Origin: Gammaproteobacteria bacterium
GTDB taxonomy: Bacteria > Pseudomonadota > Gammaproteobacteria > Eutrophobiales > Eutrophobiaceae
NCBI GenBank assembly: GCA_965215365.1
Contig: CBDCDS010000003.1
Span: 1,856,001-1,920,000 of the forward strand
Direction of reading: 5' to 3'
DNA length: 64,000 nucleotides
The notes below the pieces were generated by a model that was given only the letters and a program-made list of their open reading frames with translations, was not told where the DNA came from and searched no databases. Each line of letters opens with the position of its first letter. The stretch's first letter is position 1. Both the position numbers and the translations under genes were made by a program. This document shows, piece after piece, positions 24,183 to 34,150 of this stretch.

Positions 24183-24442
24183 AGATACTCTCCCTATAGT
24201 TATTTTCAGCCCTGTATGGTTGTCATATAAGCGTTACACAGGGCGCAGCGGTTATATTCTTCACTTCTTGATGGGCAGTGTAACAGAAAAAAACCGGCGT
24301 GAAAAGGTTGTGTCCAGGTTCAATACAGTAAGAGTCTCACTTGTTTCTGAACCCGGACAGGTTGCTGACAGGTGCGCTGCACCAATCGTCCGCACACTCT
24401 TTCATTTTGGTAGAATTACATTGCCAGCGTGCTTATCAGACC

Positions 24443-25072
24443 ATGTTGATGAAAAAGACGAAAATGCCGGATGTGCATCAAGCCCTGCTCGGACGCGCCA
24501 CCTCGTTGCCGGTTACTAACAGGCACTATGTCCACGGCCGGCCATTGCAGCCGCCATTTCCCGAAGAACTGGAGCGAGCGCTATTCGGACTGGGTTGCTT
24601 CTGGGGCGCAGAACGGAAATTCTGGCAACTTGACGGCGTTTACACCACCGCGGTCGGCTATGCCGGTGGTTTTACGCCCAATCCGACCTACCAGGAAGTG
24701 TGCAGCGGGCTGACCGGCCATAACGAAGTCACGCTGGTAGTCCATGACCCCGGCGTTATCTCCTATTACAAGCTGCTGCAAGTATTCTGGGAGGCGCACG
24801 ACCCGACCCAGGGCATGCGCCAGGGTAACGATACGGGGACCCAGTACCGCTCCGGTATTTATACCTGTTCCGAACAGCAGAAAAATACAGCCATCGACAC
24901 CCGCAACAGCTATCAGGCGCTACTGCAAGTAAAGGGTTACGGCAGGATTACCACCGAGATCATCGACGCTCCGGTGTTCTATTATGCCGAAGACTACCAT
25001 CAGCAATACCTGGCCAAAAACCCCGGTGGTTACTGTGGTTCGGGTGGGACCGGAGTTTGTTTCGGCATCTAA
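24443..25072 (+). CDS. msrA: Peptide-methionine (S)-S-oxide reductase
   Basis: [34 protein letters not shown]; start moved to ATG 24443. Confidence 0.96.
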   Translation: MLMKKTKMPDVHQALLGRATSLPVTNRHYVHGRPLQPPFPEELERALFGLGCFWGAERKFWQLDGVYTTAVGYAGGFTPNPTYQEVCSGLTGHNEVTLVVHDPGVISYYKLLQVFWEAHDPTQGMRQGNDTGTQYRSGIYTCSEQQKNTAIDTRNSYQALLQVKGYGRITTEIIDAPVFYYAEDYHQQYLAKNPGGYCGSGGTGVCFGI

Positions 25073-25087
25073 AAATACCCAAGCCCG

Positions 25088-25573
25088 TCACCCTGGCAAA
25101 TCCGCGGCGTATTTCCTGATCCATTCCTGCGCAGCGCTATCGCGGTTGAGGGCAAATGGGCCTTCACGCAATTTCTTTTCCTGTATGTAGTCTTCGATGT
25201 AGCAGGACTGTTCCAGGATACGCATACGGCTGGAGTCTGCGCGAGTCGCCAGCCATAAGCCTATTTCATAGTAGCCGTCCCGTTCCCGCACCATGACCAC
25301 CCTGCCGCGCAGCTTTTCCGGTTTATTTTGCAGGCCGATGGAAACTTCGATAAACTCGCCCGGTTGCAGACGTTTATTGGATTCAAACAACAGGCCAACA
25401 TTGCCACGCTCAGCCGTTGACGGGCAGTCTTCAGCGTCAGGCAGAAGCCGTTTGTAATCCAGCGGAATATCGTGGCGGTGGTGAATGAACCCCGTTTGCG
25501 CGTCAGTAATAGGGAGGCCGGCGGCATCTCTACGGCTGCTTCGGCGCATATCACTTGAGCCTGTTCCCATCAT
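25088..25573 (-). CDS. PilZ-domain-like protein
   Basis: FIHHRHDIP..GRVV..YEIG..R.RILEQ.CYIEDY..AAQEWI.KYA; the RxxxR c-di-GMP motif looks degenerate; start uncertain. Confidence 0.65.
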   Translation of the reverse strand: MMGTGSSDMRRSSRRDAAGLPITDAQTGFIHHRHDIPLDYKRLLPDAEDCPSTAERGNVGLLFESNKRLQPGEFIEVSIGLQNKPEKLRGRVVMVRERDGYYEIGLWLATRADSSRMRILEQSCYIEDYIQEKKLREGPFALNRDSAAQEWIRKYAADLPG

Positions 25574-25655
25574 ATTTTTTGCAAGTTGTAACAACACGGC
25601 TGTTCCCCTGATTGCGGTCATCGGCAGTATTGTATATACCATCGGCGAATGAAAA

Positions 25656-26819
25656 TCAAGTGTTTTTTTCAATAAAACATGAGGTTAAGTTATCTACATG
25701 ATGTTTAGCCTGAACAAAGACATTGGGCGTGTCAGGCCGCGCGCACATCATCAGAAAGAAAATATACGCCTTGACCTGCTCAACCCGGTTTGCGTCCATG
25801 ACGAACTTGAGATGGTGTATGCCGCGCACCAGCATGATCGGCCCGCCCTTGGCAAACAGCGTAGTCGAACCCGTTGACCAGCGGGTGAGATCCGCTAGTT
25901 TCTGCGGCAGGGCGTGGCCGCGCGCGCCGCTGCCGTCGATGACTGCGCGCCAGGGCCCTATGTCTTTCAGCCACCCTTTTTCCTGTGCGAAGAAGCTCAG
26001 CCCCAGTGCCGCGCCCACGCCACTTGCGGTGACATCGAAATGGATGCCCAAGTACGCGAACGCGTTGCGTTCGGCGAAGAACGACACCACTTCACCGACG
26101 GCCGCCGGCGGCCCCGGCCAGCCGTTGCGTTGCAGGAACGCGGTCACGTCGCCGGCGCGCTTAAAGCCGGTCACGGCAATCCGCAGCGTCCGTTGTCGAT
26201 CCGGAAAGGTGCCAAGGGCCTTGACGATCGTGTCGGGCGTGAGCGTCGCGTACACCCGTTCTAACTGTTGACGTTCCGCTGCGTCCGCGTCCCAGCCGCC
26301 GGCAAACATCAGCGCGTCGTGCACTGCGCGCAGTTCCTGGCGCCGCCCGGTGCCACCCGCCAGCACCTCGTCAACGGGGTAGAGAAAAATGCCGGGGCGC
26401 GGGCGCGCATCATCCGGGCCTGCATCGATGTCGTACTCCAGCAGCATTTTGCTGCCGACCACACGCCGCAGCAGGGAGTCCTCACGCTCGGTCTGGTGCA
26501 GCAGCCAGACCAGCGCTGCCGCCGGATCGTCATCCGCGGTTGCACAGCGTTCCTGGTATTGCGCTGCGCTGCGGCTGTCGCCGACCAGTGTAACGCCGAA
26601 ATCCGCCCTCGGTTCTGGATCGTGCAGCGGTATCTCAAAACCAAACGGGAAGGCGCCCAGCGTTGCCGGCACTTCATGGGCGCGTGCCACCAGTCGCTCC
26701 CAGCCCGGGCCGTTAATCAGGTGCGTGGAAATATGCGACCTGAGCTGCGTCAGCAGCTGCCCCATGGAACCTGCCGTCAATAGCAGGCATTCCTCTGTAT
26801 AGGACCAGCTTTCTTTCAT
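25656..26819 (-). CDS. Uncharacterised putative RiPP tailoring enzyme (possibly ABBA-prenyltransferase-like)
   Basis: Starts 20 nt after the YcaO stop (ATG 26819); motifs FGFEIPL..ADF, LLEYD..PGIF, HHLK..VKAY. The function is inference. Confidence 0.55.
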   Translation of the reverse strand: MKESWSYTEECLLLTAGSMGQLLTQLRSHISTHLINGPGWERLVARAHEVPATLGAFPFGFEIPLHDPEPRADFGVTLVGDSRSAAQYQERCATADDDPAAALVWLLHQTEREDSLLRRVVGSKMLLEYDIDAGPDDARPRPGIFLYPVDEVLAGGTGRRQELRAVHDALMFAGGWDADAAERQQLERVYATLTPDTIVKALGTFPDRQRTLRIAVTGFKRAGDVTAFLQRNGWPGPPAAVGEVVSFFAERNAFAYLGIHFDVTASGVGAALGLSFFAQEKGWLKDIGPWRAVIDGSGARGHALPQKLADLTRWSTGSTTLFAKGGPIMLVRGIHHLKFVMDANRVEQVKAYIFFLMMCARPDTPNVFVQAKHHVDNLTSCFIEKNT

Positions 26820-26838
26820 AGTGACTTTCGGTAACTGC

Positions 26839-29148
26839 TCAAGCAATGACCGGGGCCGGATTGAGCTGCTGCTCAGTGAGCGCTTGCTCACGCCAGCCCA
26901 TTGCCACCGGCACTTCGTACAGGCGTCCCGGTGCGAAGCGCGCCCAATAGTGACGCAGGCCGGGCACGATGACCCGCACCACCGGCAGGCCGATGTCGGG
27001 ACGGGTCTGGTCCAGCACCAGAAATTCCAGGCCCTTGGCTTCGACCAACGCCTGACAGTGTTCCACATCTGCGCGCACGTCTTCGGTTTCGGGCACGGAG
27101 TAACAAGACTTGCCGCGCGGCGCCTCGGTCGCCGGCGCCAGATACGGATGTTTGGCAAGCGTGGCATTGCGCAGCCACCACAAGCACTGCGGATCCTCAA
27201 TCTGGTAACCGCTGCCGCCGGGAGCGGCGCCCTGCACCGCGTTTAAGCACTGGTTCAGCTCGCACACGGCGCGCAAGACCGCGAGGTGCGGATCCAGGTG
27301 TGCGCCGGCGCCGTAGATGATGTCTTCGGTCTGCTTGTCGGTGCGCCGCGAAAGCGCGACAAAGGTCGGAATGCCGAGGTCGCCGGTGACATCAAGCACC
27401 CACAGCTCGCGCTTTAAGCCTTGGTAATAAGCGCTTGCGTCTGCCAGGTATTCGTCCTCGAAACTGTCCAGGTCCACAGCCGGCACGCGCAGCTGATTAT
27501 ACCACCATACTGCGAAGGCATCGCGTTCGACCAGTTCAAAAAACCCCTGAAGGATCGCCTCCTCCAGCGTATTACCGGCTGCGCAACCGTTTGAATCTGC
27601 TACGAAATCTGTGATTCCCCGGCCATTTGTCGATTTGGCGTAGTAGAGTAGAGAGGTCGGCAGATAGCGCGTCCGCGCCCGGGTCAGCGACCATACCGGT
27701 GACCAATCTGTCTCTGCCTCCGGGTCCAAGCGCGGCGGCACCACGTTGTAGGGATGGCCGCCAGCATTGATGCGGGCGGCATCATCCAGCTGCAGTTCGC
27801 TGAACAGCTGCACCGCGTTGGGGTGGATGGCGTCCGGCTCCGCGCTCGCGACAAAGTCGGTGAACCGTTTGCGGCAGTAGATCTCATCGCCGTGGAAGGC
27901 GCCGCAATAGCGCTCCAGCGCTTCACACAGGGCGCTGACCTCGGACTGCTGTGCGGTGCTGCCCTTGCCCGCGCTTTTCGTACGCAGGCTGCGGCGCAGT
28001 ATCTCCAGAGTGCGGTTTTTGAGCGCCAGATTGCTGCCGGCCCAGTGCACATGCAGCCAGGGGTCGGTGGCGTCGGTAGTGCGCTTTAACCAGGTGATGA
28101 CGCCCCCGACAGGACCTATCAGATGACGATATTTTGCCAGGGTTTGCGCGGCCGGGACTGCGCGCATGCCACCGCTATTACGCACGCGCTTCGGGCTCGC
28201 TTGCAATCGCACCGGCCGCGGTTCCCGGTCGTTGCGGTAGAGCGCCTCGTCACCACAGGCCAGGCATTGGGGACGGCGCCTGATCGGGTGGCGTTGCAGA
28301 GCCAGATCGGCCGTATCCAGGGAAACTGCATGGTCATGCAGCGCCGCGGTCTCGCCGAATACCAGCCATTTGGCGATTGCAACTGCGGCAACGCCGGCAA
28401 CTGCTTCTAAGGCCGCGGGCGCGCTGGCCTTGGGGGGCAGGGCAATGTCGCCGTCGGTCAGGTTGCGCAGAAAGTTATGGACTTCCTGGTGGCCGCGCAG
28501 GCGGTAGGCGAGGCAGGCCCAGCAAGAACCCTGTTGCGCCGGGCGGAATACCGGACCGAACAGAGGTTGCAGGCCACTGGGCCGGAACAGCATCCAGGGT
28601 ACGCCGGAGGCAAGGTGTTGTTGATTGATTGCCGCGTGTTGTTCGTTCAGGTAGTCGTCGCAGAGGATGATGGAGAGCACCGCCCCGGCGCCGTCTGCGG
28701 CCACATTCACGCCCATGGCCTCAAGCCGCCGGTCAAGATTGCCGGCGTTGCCGGTAATGGTTACGGGCGCCGCCGCCAGCCGCTCCCGGACAAAGCGGGG
28801 AGAGGCGCCCAGCGCAGTCCAGAACGCAGCCGTGCCGGCGTCCATATCGTGTTCGCCGGAGACGACGTAGCCCTTGCCGGCCAGCGTCACCAGCGCCGTT
28901 CTGACGGCTGCCTCCGTATGCTTTTCAGCCAAGGCGGCGACCAGCTCCGGGAAGCTGCGCCGACCGTCCAGCAACGGCAACAGCTCCGGGTAGATAGCCC
29001 CGTGCAGCAAGGTATTGGCGGCTTCCGAGAGCAGGAACACCTGCCTTTCGTCGAATGCGTGGAAGGTGAAATGCGGCGCTAACGCCGGCTGTTCAATGAG
29101 ACCGGTATCGGCGTCGGTTTTGTGGGAAACTCTTGCGGGGGGTGGCAC
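26839..29148 (-). CDS. TOMM fused leader-binding/YcaO cyclodehydratase (C-D fusion)
   Basis: RRE-like N-terminus, GPVF.P..CWACL and RPQCLAC E1-like domain, SAGKG, EALER, SNGCAAG, ELVERDA, Pro-rich C-terminus (NPAPVIA). Confidence 0.92.
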   Translation of the reverse strand: MPPPARVSHKTDADTGLIEQPALAPHFTFHAFDERQVFLLSEAANTLLHGAIYPELLPLLDGRRSFPELVAALAEKHTEAAVRTALVTLAGKGYVVSGEHDMDAGTAAFWTALGASPRFVRERLAAAPVTITGNAGNLDRRLEAMGVNVAADGAGAVLSIILCDDYLNEQHAAINQQHLASGVPWMLFRPSGLQPLFGPVFRPAQQGSCWACLAYRLRGHQEVHNFLRNLTDGDIALPPKASAPAALEAVAGVAAVAIAKWLVFGETAALHDHAVSLDTADLALQRHPIRRRPQCLACGDEALYRNDREPRPVRLQASPKRVRNSGGMRAVPAAQTLAKYRHLIGPVGGVITWLKRTTDATDPWLHVHWAGSNLALKNRTLEILRRSLRTKSAGKGSTAQQSEVSALCEALERYCGAFHGDEIYCRKRFTDFVASAEPDAIHPNAVQLFSELQLDDAARINAGGHPYNVVPPRLDPEAETDWSPVWSLTRARTRYLPTSLLYYAKSTNGRGITDFVADSNGCAAGNTLEEAILQGFFELVERDAFAVWWYNQLRVPAVDLDSFEDEYLADASAYYQGLKRELWVLDVTGDLGIPTFVALSRRTDKQTEDIIYGAGAHLDPHLAVLRAVCELNQCLNAVQGAAPGGSGYQIEDPQCLWWLRNATLAKHPYLAPATEAPRGKSCYSVPETEDVRADVEHCQALVEAKGLEFLVLDQTRPDIGLPVVRVIVPGLRHYWARFAPGRLYEVPVAMGWREQALTEQQLNPAPVIA

Positions 29149-29167
29149 AAATTAAATCACAGAACAA

Positions 29168-29203
29168 CCGCCTTCCTCGATGGGCAACCGCCGAGGAAGG
29201 CGG
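29168..29203 (-). terminator. 12-bp GC stem-loop between the precursor and YcaO genes
   Basis: CCGCCTTCCTCG..CGAGGAAGGCGG followed on the minus strand by a weak U-rich tract (TTGTTCTGTGATTT). Confidence 0.6.
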
Positions 29204-29215
29204 AGCAAAACAAGC

Positions 29216-29494
29216 TCAGCAGCACAGAGCAACGCCGAAGCCACCACTAATTCCTTCCAGCTGTTCTTCGCTAAGCTCAGCCACCGGCAGCGCCAGATGC
29301 AGGGTGCTCATATCACTCTCGTGGACTTTCACATCAATTGCGTCGGGGAGTTCGATACCCAACTCCTCAGCGATGGCGCCTTTGGGGTCGGAAAGCAAAA
29401 AACTGCGGAATCCCTCATCGCTAATTGCCCTATCGGTAAGCTGACGACGCATATCCTCAGCAGTTTGCATTCGTGATTGCCAATCAGTATTCAT
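29216..29494 (-). CDS. NHLP (nitrile-hydratase-like leader) RiPP precursor, core FGVALCC
   Basis: RAISDEGFR..LLSDPK.AI..ELG..LP..VHE..LHLALP..ELSEEQLEGISGG double-glycine site; RBS GAGGTG. Confidence 0.92.
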   Translation of the reverse strand: MNTDWQSRMQTAEDMRRQLTDRAISDEGFRSFLLSDPKGAIAEELGIELPDAIDVKVHESDMSTLHLALPVAELSEEQLEGISGGFGVALCC

Positions 29495-29559
29495 AAGTTC
29501 ACCTCATCATGTTCGCAAATTGAGCCCGCCCATAAATTGGGCGACCTCTAGGACCGTGA

Positions 29560-29588
29560 ATTGTACCAATTCGGAGGCATAAAGTCAA
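29560..29588 (-). promoter_or_regulatory. Near-consensus sigma70 promoter of the RiPP operon
   Basis: TTGACT-17nt-TACAAT with extended -10 TG. Confidence 0.65.
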
Positions 29589-29661
29589 GCAATTGTCCAG
29601 GTTCAATACATATGAGACTCAGAGGCAGGCTGTGTGAGTTGTTGATAATACTCCATCGGGG

Positions 29662-29826
29662 TCAATAAACCCATACCGTCATGCGGCCGGTAGGTATTAG
29701 GGTCTGTCCATGTAACAGTGCGGCATCAGGCAGGATATCCCGCGCCCATGAACTTTTGCCAACGCCGCGCACACCGAACAGAAAAAAGCTGCGCGCAGGT
29801 AACCGAGTGATCCTTTGGTATAGCAT
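29662..29826 (-). pseudogene. N-terminal fragment of an AAA_14-type ATPase
   Basis: RSFFLFGVRGVGKSSW Walker A, then abrupt end. Confidence 0.65.
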
Positions 29827-30090
29827 AAAGTCAAAAATAGCCGAAAACTGATGGTATAGCAAGCAATATACTGATGGACGCGGCGCGGCGGGTTACTCGT
29901 CGGACGCCTCCTGTTCGAGCGGGCAGTATTCATGCACGACGCCGTCGGGACGCCTGACGCCATCGACCATGCGAAATCCTGAGACGGCGAGCTGAGGTCG
30001 GGTCAACAGCTGGTGCCAGGACTTGAGTATGTAGTGAGTGAGCGGTTTGTTGTGGTATGCGGGTTCACTCATGGTTGGTGTTGTGATGTG

Positions 30091-30921
30091 TCAAATGTTG
30101 GTAACGAGCGCCTCAACCATCGGTTTCCGGTTTTTTTCACTGGCCCCCACATGGTAGAAGTGCTCCCGTTGAAGAATATTGAACCTATTCCATAACAATT
30201 CTATGTAGTCGTTTTTTCTGTAATCGTTATGATGCCACGTGGACAGGATAAATCGGCTTTGACTTGACGATATGGCATCAAACAACCGCTTTTCACTATT
30301 ACCATCCCAGCCGTTGTAATAGTCAACATACCGGTCTATGTACGGCGGATCGCAGTAGATAATATCCTCGCTATTGCCTGCGGCAATGGTCTTTTCAAAC
30401 GGCTGACAAATGAATGTGAAACGCTTTGCAGCCAGAAAATCGGCTATATGGGAGACTTGATTAACTATTTTCGTGATATAGGCTCGCGCGAATCGTTGTG
30501 GTTTTTTACAGAACGGGACATTGAAAGAACCATGCCGGTTAAACCGGATCATGCCGTTAAATCCGGCCCGGTTAAGAAACAGGAAATCAAGCGGGTCATG
30601 GGACTGGTTAAAGCGCTCTCGTAGCGCGTAGTAATGCGTATCACCCTTTTCAAGCAATGCCAGCCCCTCCCTTTCAAGATAGGCTTTGACGGATATGGGT
30701 GTTATCTGCCCGTCTGCTATTCCTTGATAAAAGTTGATCAAGTGCGGATTTGAATCGCACAATACAGCCCTTTCCGGCGCAAGGTTAAAGGCTACCACAC
30801 CCGTGCCCATAAACGGCTCTATCCACAGGCCGTTAAAATCAGCGGGGATGATGCTTTTTATCCAGGGAACCAGTTTCGTTTTTATACCCTGGGACTTGAG
30901 CGGCGGGATGCTGACCTTCAC
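30091..30921 (-). CDS. Dam/M.EcoRV-family N6-adenine DNA methyltransferase
   Basis: [33 protein letters not shown]. Confidence 0.92.
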   Translation of the reverse strand: MKVSIPPLKSQGIKTKLVPWIKSIIPADFNGLWIEPFMGTGVVAFNLAPERAVLCDSNPHLINFYQGIADGQITPISVKAYLEREGLALLEKGDTHYYALRERFNQSHDPLDFLFLNRAGFNGMIRFNRHGSFNVPFCKKPQRFARAYITKIVNQVSHIADFLAAKRFTFICQPFEKTIAAGNSEDIIYCDPPYIDRYVDYYNGWDGNSEKRLFDAISSSQSRFILSTWHHNDYRKNDYIELLWNRFNILQREHFYHVGASEKNRKPMVEALVTNI

Positions 30922-31493
30922 GCCATAGTTCTCGCGGCTCTATTACGCTTCGAGACAATCAGGGACGGGTCGCCGTTACGATACCGAACAAAATCCGCCA
31001 GTTTCGTTATTCGGCTGGTCTTGCCGCTATCATCGGTAATGACAATTTTTCCGTAATTCATCCAGTAGTCATCGAACCATGACTCCCCTAAACGGGAAAA
31101 CATGCCGTTGCCGTTGATGATGTCCTGAATGTTATTGATACTACCTATACATAGATGCGGCCTCCCGGACTTTCGATAGGTTGTCTTGAAATCTACCGCA
31201 AACCGCACAGACTCGTCCTGTACAGACAGGAACGAAATATCAGGGTAGTAGTTTTGATGTTCCGGTAAAACCACTCTGTAACCGTGCTTGTCTGCAAATT
31301 GCATTACACGGGGGAACAGATGAATTTCCAGTATCTTTGAAACGATCTTGGTGTCAGAGGAGATCGAATACACGTTTTTGAAAACGTCAACAAAGCCCTT
31401 AACCGTCCACTGTCCATCAGGCGTACTGATATGCTCATCCAGTCCATTTACAAACTGTTTCAGTTGCGTTTCAAATATGACTTTTTCGGACAT
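30918..31493 (-). pseudogene. EcoRV-like type II restriction endonuclease with an in-frame internal deletion
   Basis: SDTKIVSKILE, QNYYPD..AVDFKTTY catalytic motif and FDDYW.NY are present; the segment between ..RPHLC and IGSI is missing. Confidence 0.75.
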
Positions 31494-31630
31494 TGTACAT
31501 GTCCTCTTGTAATCTTCTCCTGCAACCACGCTATACCGATCCGGAATCGGAGTCAAGCTGCAACATTCCGCAAAATCCCGATGTGTATCCATTTACAATT
31601 CTCAGCACGTGACGTGCGAGATCACCAAAA

Positions 31631-32899
31631 TCAATTTCGTGCAATGTTGCGAGTGTACTTGCAGTCGGGATAATTTGAACAACCAAGGAACTGTCCGTGT
31701 TGCCCACTTCTCGTTAGCAGCCAACCGCCACAAGTCGGGCATGCCTGCACAGAACGACCGCAGTCTTGGCAACGGTATTTTTCACTGGCTTTTACCAAGA
31801 GGCCATATTTACAATTTGGACAGGAGGGTTGAGTGAAGTCACAGTACGGGTAGTTTGAGCAGCCGTAGAATGTATTCCTATTGTGAGAGTTGTCTCTTCG
31901 CTTAAGCCGCCCCTCTACACATTTCGGACAGGCAACATCTCTGTCAAGCGGTCGCCCGAATACGGTTATATCATAGCCGTCTCTTATCAATTCAGTGACG
32001 AACGCAGAAGGCGGCCCGCTATCAGCAAGAAGATAGACCCCGCGTCTGGCGCGGGTGATAGCGACATACAGCAGGCGCCGTTCCTCGGCATTCGGGTGTT
32101 TCTCGGGTGCTGCAAGAACTAGATCAAGGACAGGGTCATCAGTAAATTCTGAAGGAAAACCATACTTCCCGGAGCACAAATCCAGTACTACAACGTAGTC
32201 GGCTTCAAGACCTTTTGAACGATGCACGGTCATGTAGGCAAGCTCAAGATCAGTAAACTCCCTCCTCAATTGTTCAAAGTTCTGAGGCTTTGATCGCCAG
32301 TACCGACCTAATAAAAAGACAGTGGATTGATTGCCATGCTCCGCTTCATCTGCGGCAATTTTATTTAGTGATTCCTTTAGCAGGTCTGGGCAATCCTCGG
32401 CGGATAAGCCGATATGCACACCAGGTTTATTGGCCTCGTGTACAGTGGACACATTTTTACGAATTTGTGACGGGTTTTTAAGAACGAACTCCGCTGCAAT
32501 GTTGGCGATGCGATTTGAACACCGGAATGTTGTCTCCAGATTGATGCGTTCACTTTCACCAAAGCGCTCTTGAAACTCTCGCATAATTGCGATGTCCGAA
32601 CCGGTAAATCGGTAAATCGCCTGCCAGTCATCACCGACAGCGAATAACTGTGCGGTTTCTGACGTCTCCAGTAATGCTTTCAACAGCCGTGCCCTTCCTG
32701 GAGAAATATCCTGGAACTCGTCGACTAGAATGTAGCCATACGGGGAACGGTAGCGTCCTTTTTCCACATGTTCCGTCGCTTTACTGATCATGCCGTTGAA
32801 ATCAATCTGCTCTTGTTTGTTCAGAAGAGCTTCATAGCGCTCGAAGATCGGCTTGAATACCGTAATAAAGGCCTCGGCGATATCTCTATTGCCCTCCAA
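31631..32899 (-). pseudogene. 5'-truncated UvrD/helicase IV-like gene with C-terminal topoisomerase-type Zn ribbons
   Basis: LVDEFQD, VGDDWQAIY.F, TVHRSKGLE, EERRLLYVAITRAR, FYGCSNYPYC; no Walker A; begins 5 nt after the decarboxylase beta stop. Confidence 0.75.
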
Positions 32900-32903
32900 G
32901 TGG

Positions 32904-34007
32904 TTATTTCAAAATCGTCAGAAATATCCCGGCGGCGATGACGGTGCCGATTACGCCGGCAACGTTGGGGCCCATGGCGAACATGAGGAGGTAGTTGCGT
33001 TTATCGGCCTGGGCGCCCATTTTTTGTACCACCCGTGCGGCCATGGGTACGGCTGAGACGCCGGCGGCGCCGACTAAGGGGTTGATTTTATTGGCGGTGA
33101 ACAAGTTCATCAGCTTTGCCAGCAGGATGCCGCTGGCGGTGCTGACCATGAACGCGAACAGGCCCAGGAAGAAGATGATAATGACGTCGGTGTGCAGGAA
33201 GCGGGCGGCGCTCATGGTGGCGCCGACGCTGAGTCCGAGGAAGATGGTGGCAATGTTCATCAGGGCGTTTTGTGCGGCATCGGTGAGGCGCTCGACCACC
33301 CCGGACTCGCGGAACAGGTTGCCGAGCATGAACATGGACACCAGCGGGGCTGACGCCGGCACCATCAGTATAATCACCAGCGCCGCCATGATGGGAAACA
33401 GCAGTTTCTCCCGGGCGCCGACCTTGCGGCCTTTTTTCATGCAGATCCGGCGCTCGTTGTCCGTGGTCAGCAGGCGCATGATGGGCGGCTGGATCACCGG
33501 CACCAGTGCCATGTAGGAGTAGGCCGCCACTGCGCATGCGCCCAGCAGGTGCGGCGCCAGTTGCGCCGCCAGGAAAATGGTAGTAGGTCCGTCGGCGCCG
33601 CCGATAATGCCGATGACGGCGGCGTCCTGCACCTCGAAGCCCAGCCAGCAGGCGGCGAAGAAGGTCAGGTAAACACCGACCTGCGCCCCGGCGCCCAAGA
33701 AGATGAGCCGCGGCTGCGCCAGCAACGGCCCGAAATCGGTCAGCGCGCCCAGGCCCAGGAAGATCAGCGGCGGGATGATGCGCCATTCGATGCCATGGTG
33801 GTAAAAGCGCCAGAGCAGGCCGTCACCGGGCTCCATCAACCCGGTCAGGGGCAGGTTGGCGAGCAGGATGCCGAAGCCGATAGGCAGCAACAGCAGGGGT
33901 TCATACTTTTTTGTGATAGCCAGATAGATCAACCCCAGGCCGATCAGCCACATCGGCAACAGGCCAGGCGTGACGGCGAAAATGCCCATGTTTTCTACAA
34001 ACGCCAC
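32904..34007 (-). CDS. Na+-translocating decarboxylase beta subunit (OadB/GcdB family)
   Basis: YEPLLLLPIGFG, IGIIGGADGPT, AYSYMALVP, GVSAVPMAAR, GPNVAG; start estimated at GTG 34007. Confidence 0.92.
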   Translation of the reverse strand: MAFVENMGIFAVTPGLLPMWLIGLGLIYLAITKKYEPLLLLPIGFGILLANLPLTGLMEPGDGLLWRFYHHGIEWRIIPPLIFLGLGALTDFGPLLAQPRLIFLGAGAQVGVYLTFFAACWLGFEVQDAAVIGIIGGADGPTTIFLAAQLAPHLLGACAVAAYSYMALVPVIQPPIMRLLTTDNERRICMKKGRKVGAREKLLFPIMAALVIILMVPASAPLVSMFMLGNLFRESGVVERLTDAAQNALMNIATIFLGLSVGATMSAARFLHTDVIIIFFLGLFAFMVSTASGILLAKLMNLFTANKINPLVGAAGVSAVPMAARVVQKMGAQADKRNYLLMFAMGPNVAGVIGTVIAAGIFLTILK

Positions 34008-34017
34008 CGGTACTTTC

Positions 34018-34146
34018 TCAATCTGACAACTGGTCTTCTTGCTTGTCGGGAACCAGCGCCAGCAGCCGGATGGCAAGGTACAGCATCGCCATACCGGCGA
34101 ACACACCGCCGATGCCGTTCAGGAAGACTTCCAGGGCTTGCCCCAT
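34018..34146 (-). CDS. OadG/GcdD-like small membrane subunit (42 aa)
   Basis: Below the ORF-track cutoff: MGQALEVFLNGIGGVFAGMAMLYLAIRLLALVPDKQEDQLSD; single TM helix between the alpha and beta genes. Confidence 0.7.
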   Translation of the reverse strand: MGQALEVFLNGIGGVFAGMAMLYLAIRLLALVPDKQEDQLSD

Positions 34147-34150
34147 AGCG

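Noticed and set aside
24212-24227. CTGTATGGTTGTCATA as a LexA box
   Set aside because: The right half-site is not CAG, and the neighbours are not SOS genes.
26820-27200. N-terminal extension of the 514-aa ORF
   Set aside because: It overlaps the YcaO C-terminus in another frame; the real start is more likely ATG 26819.
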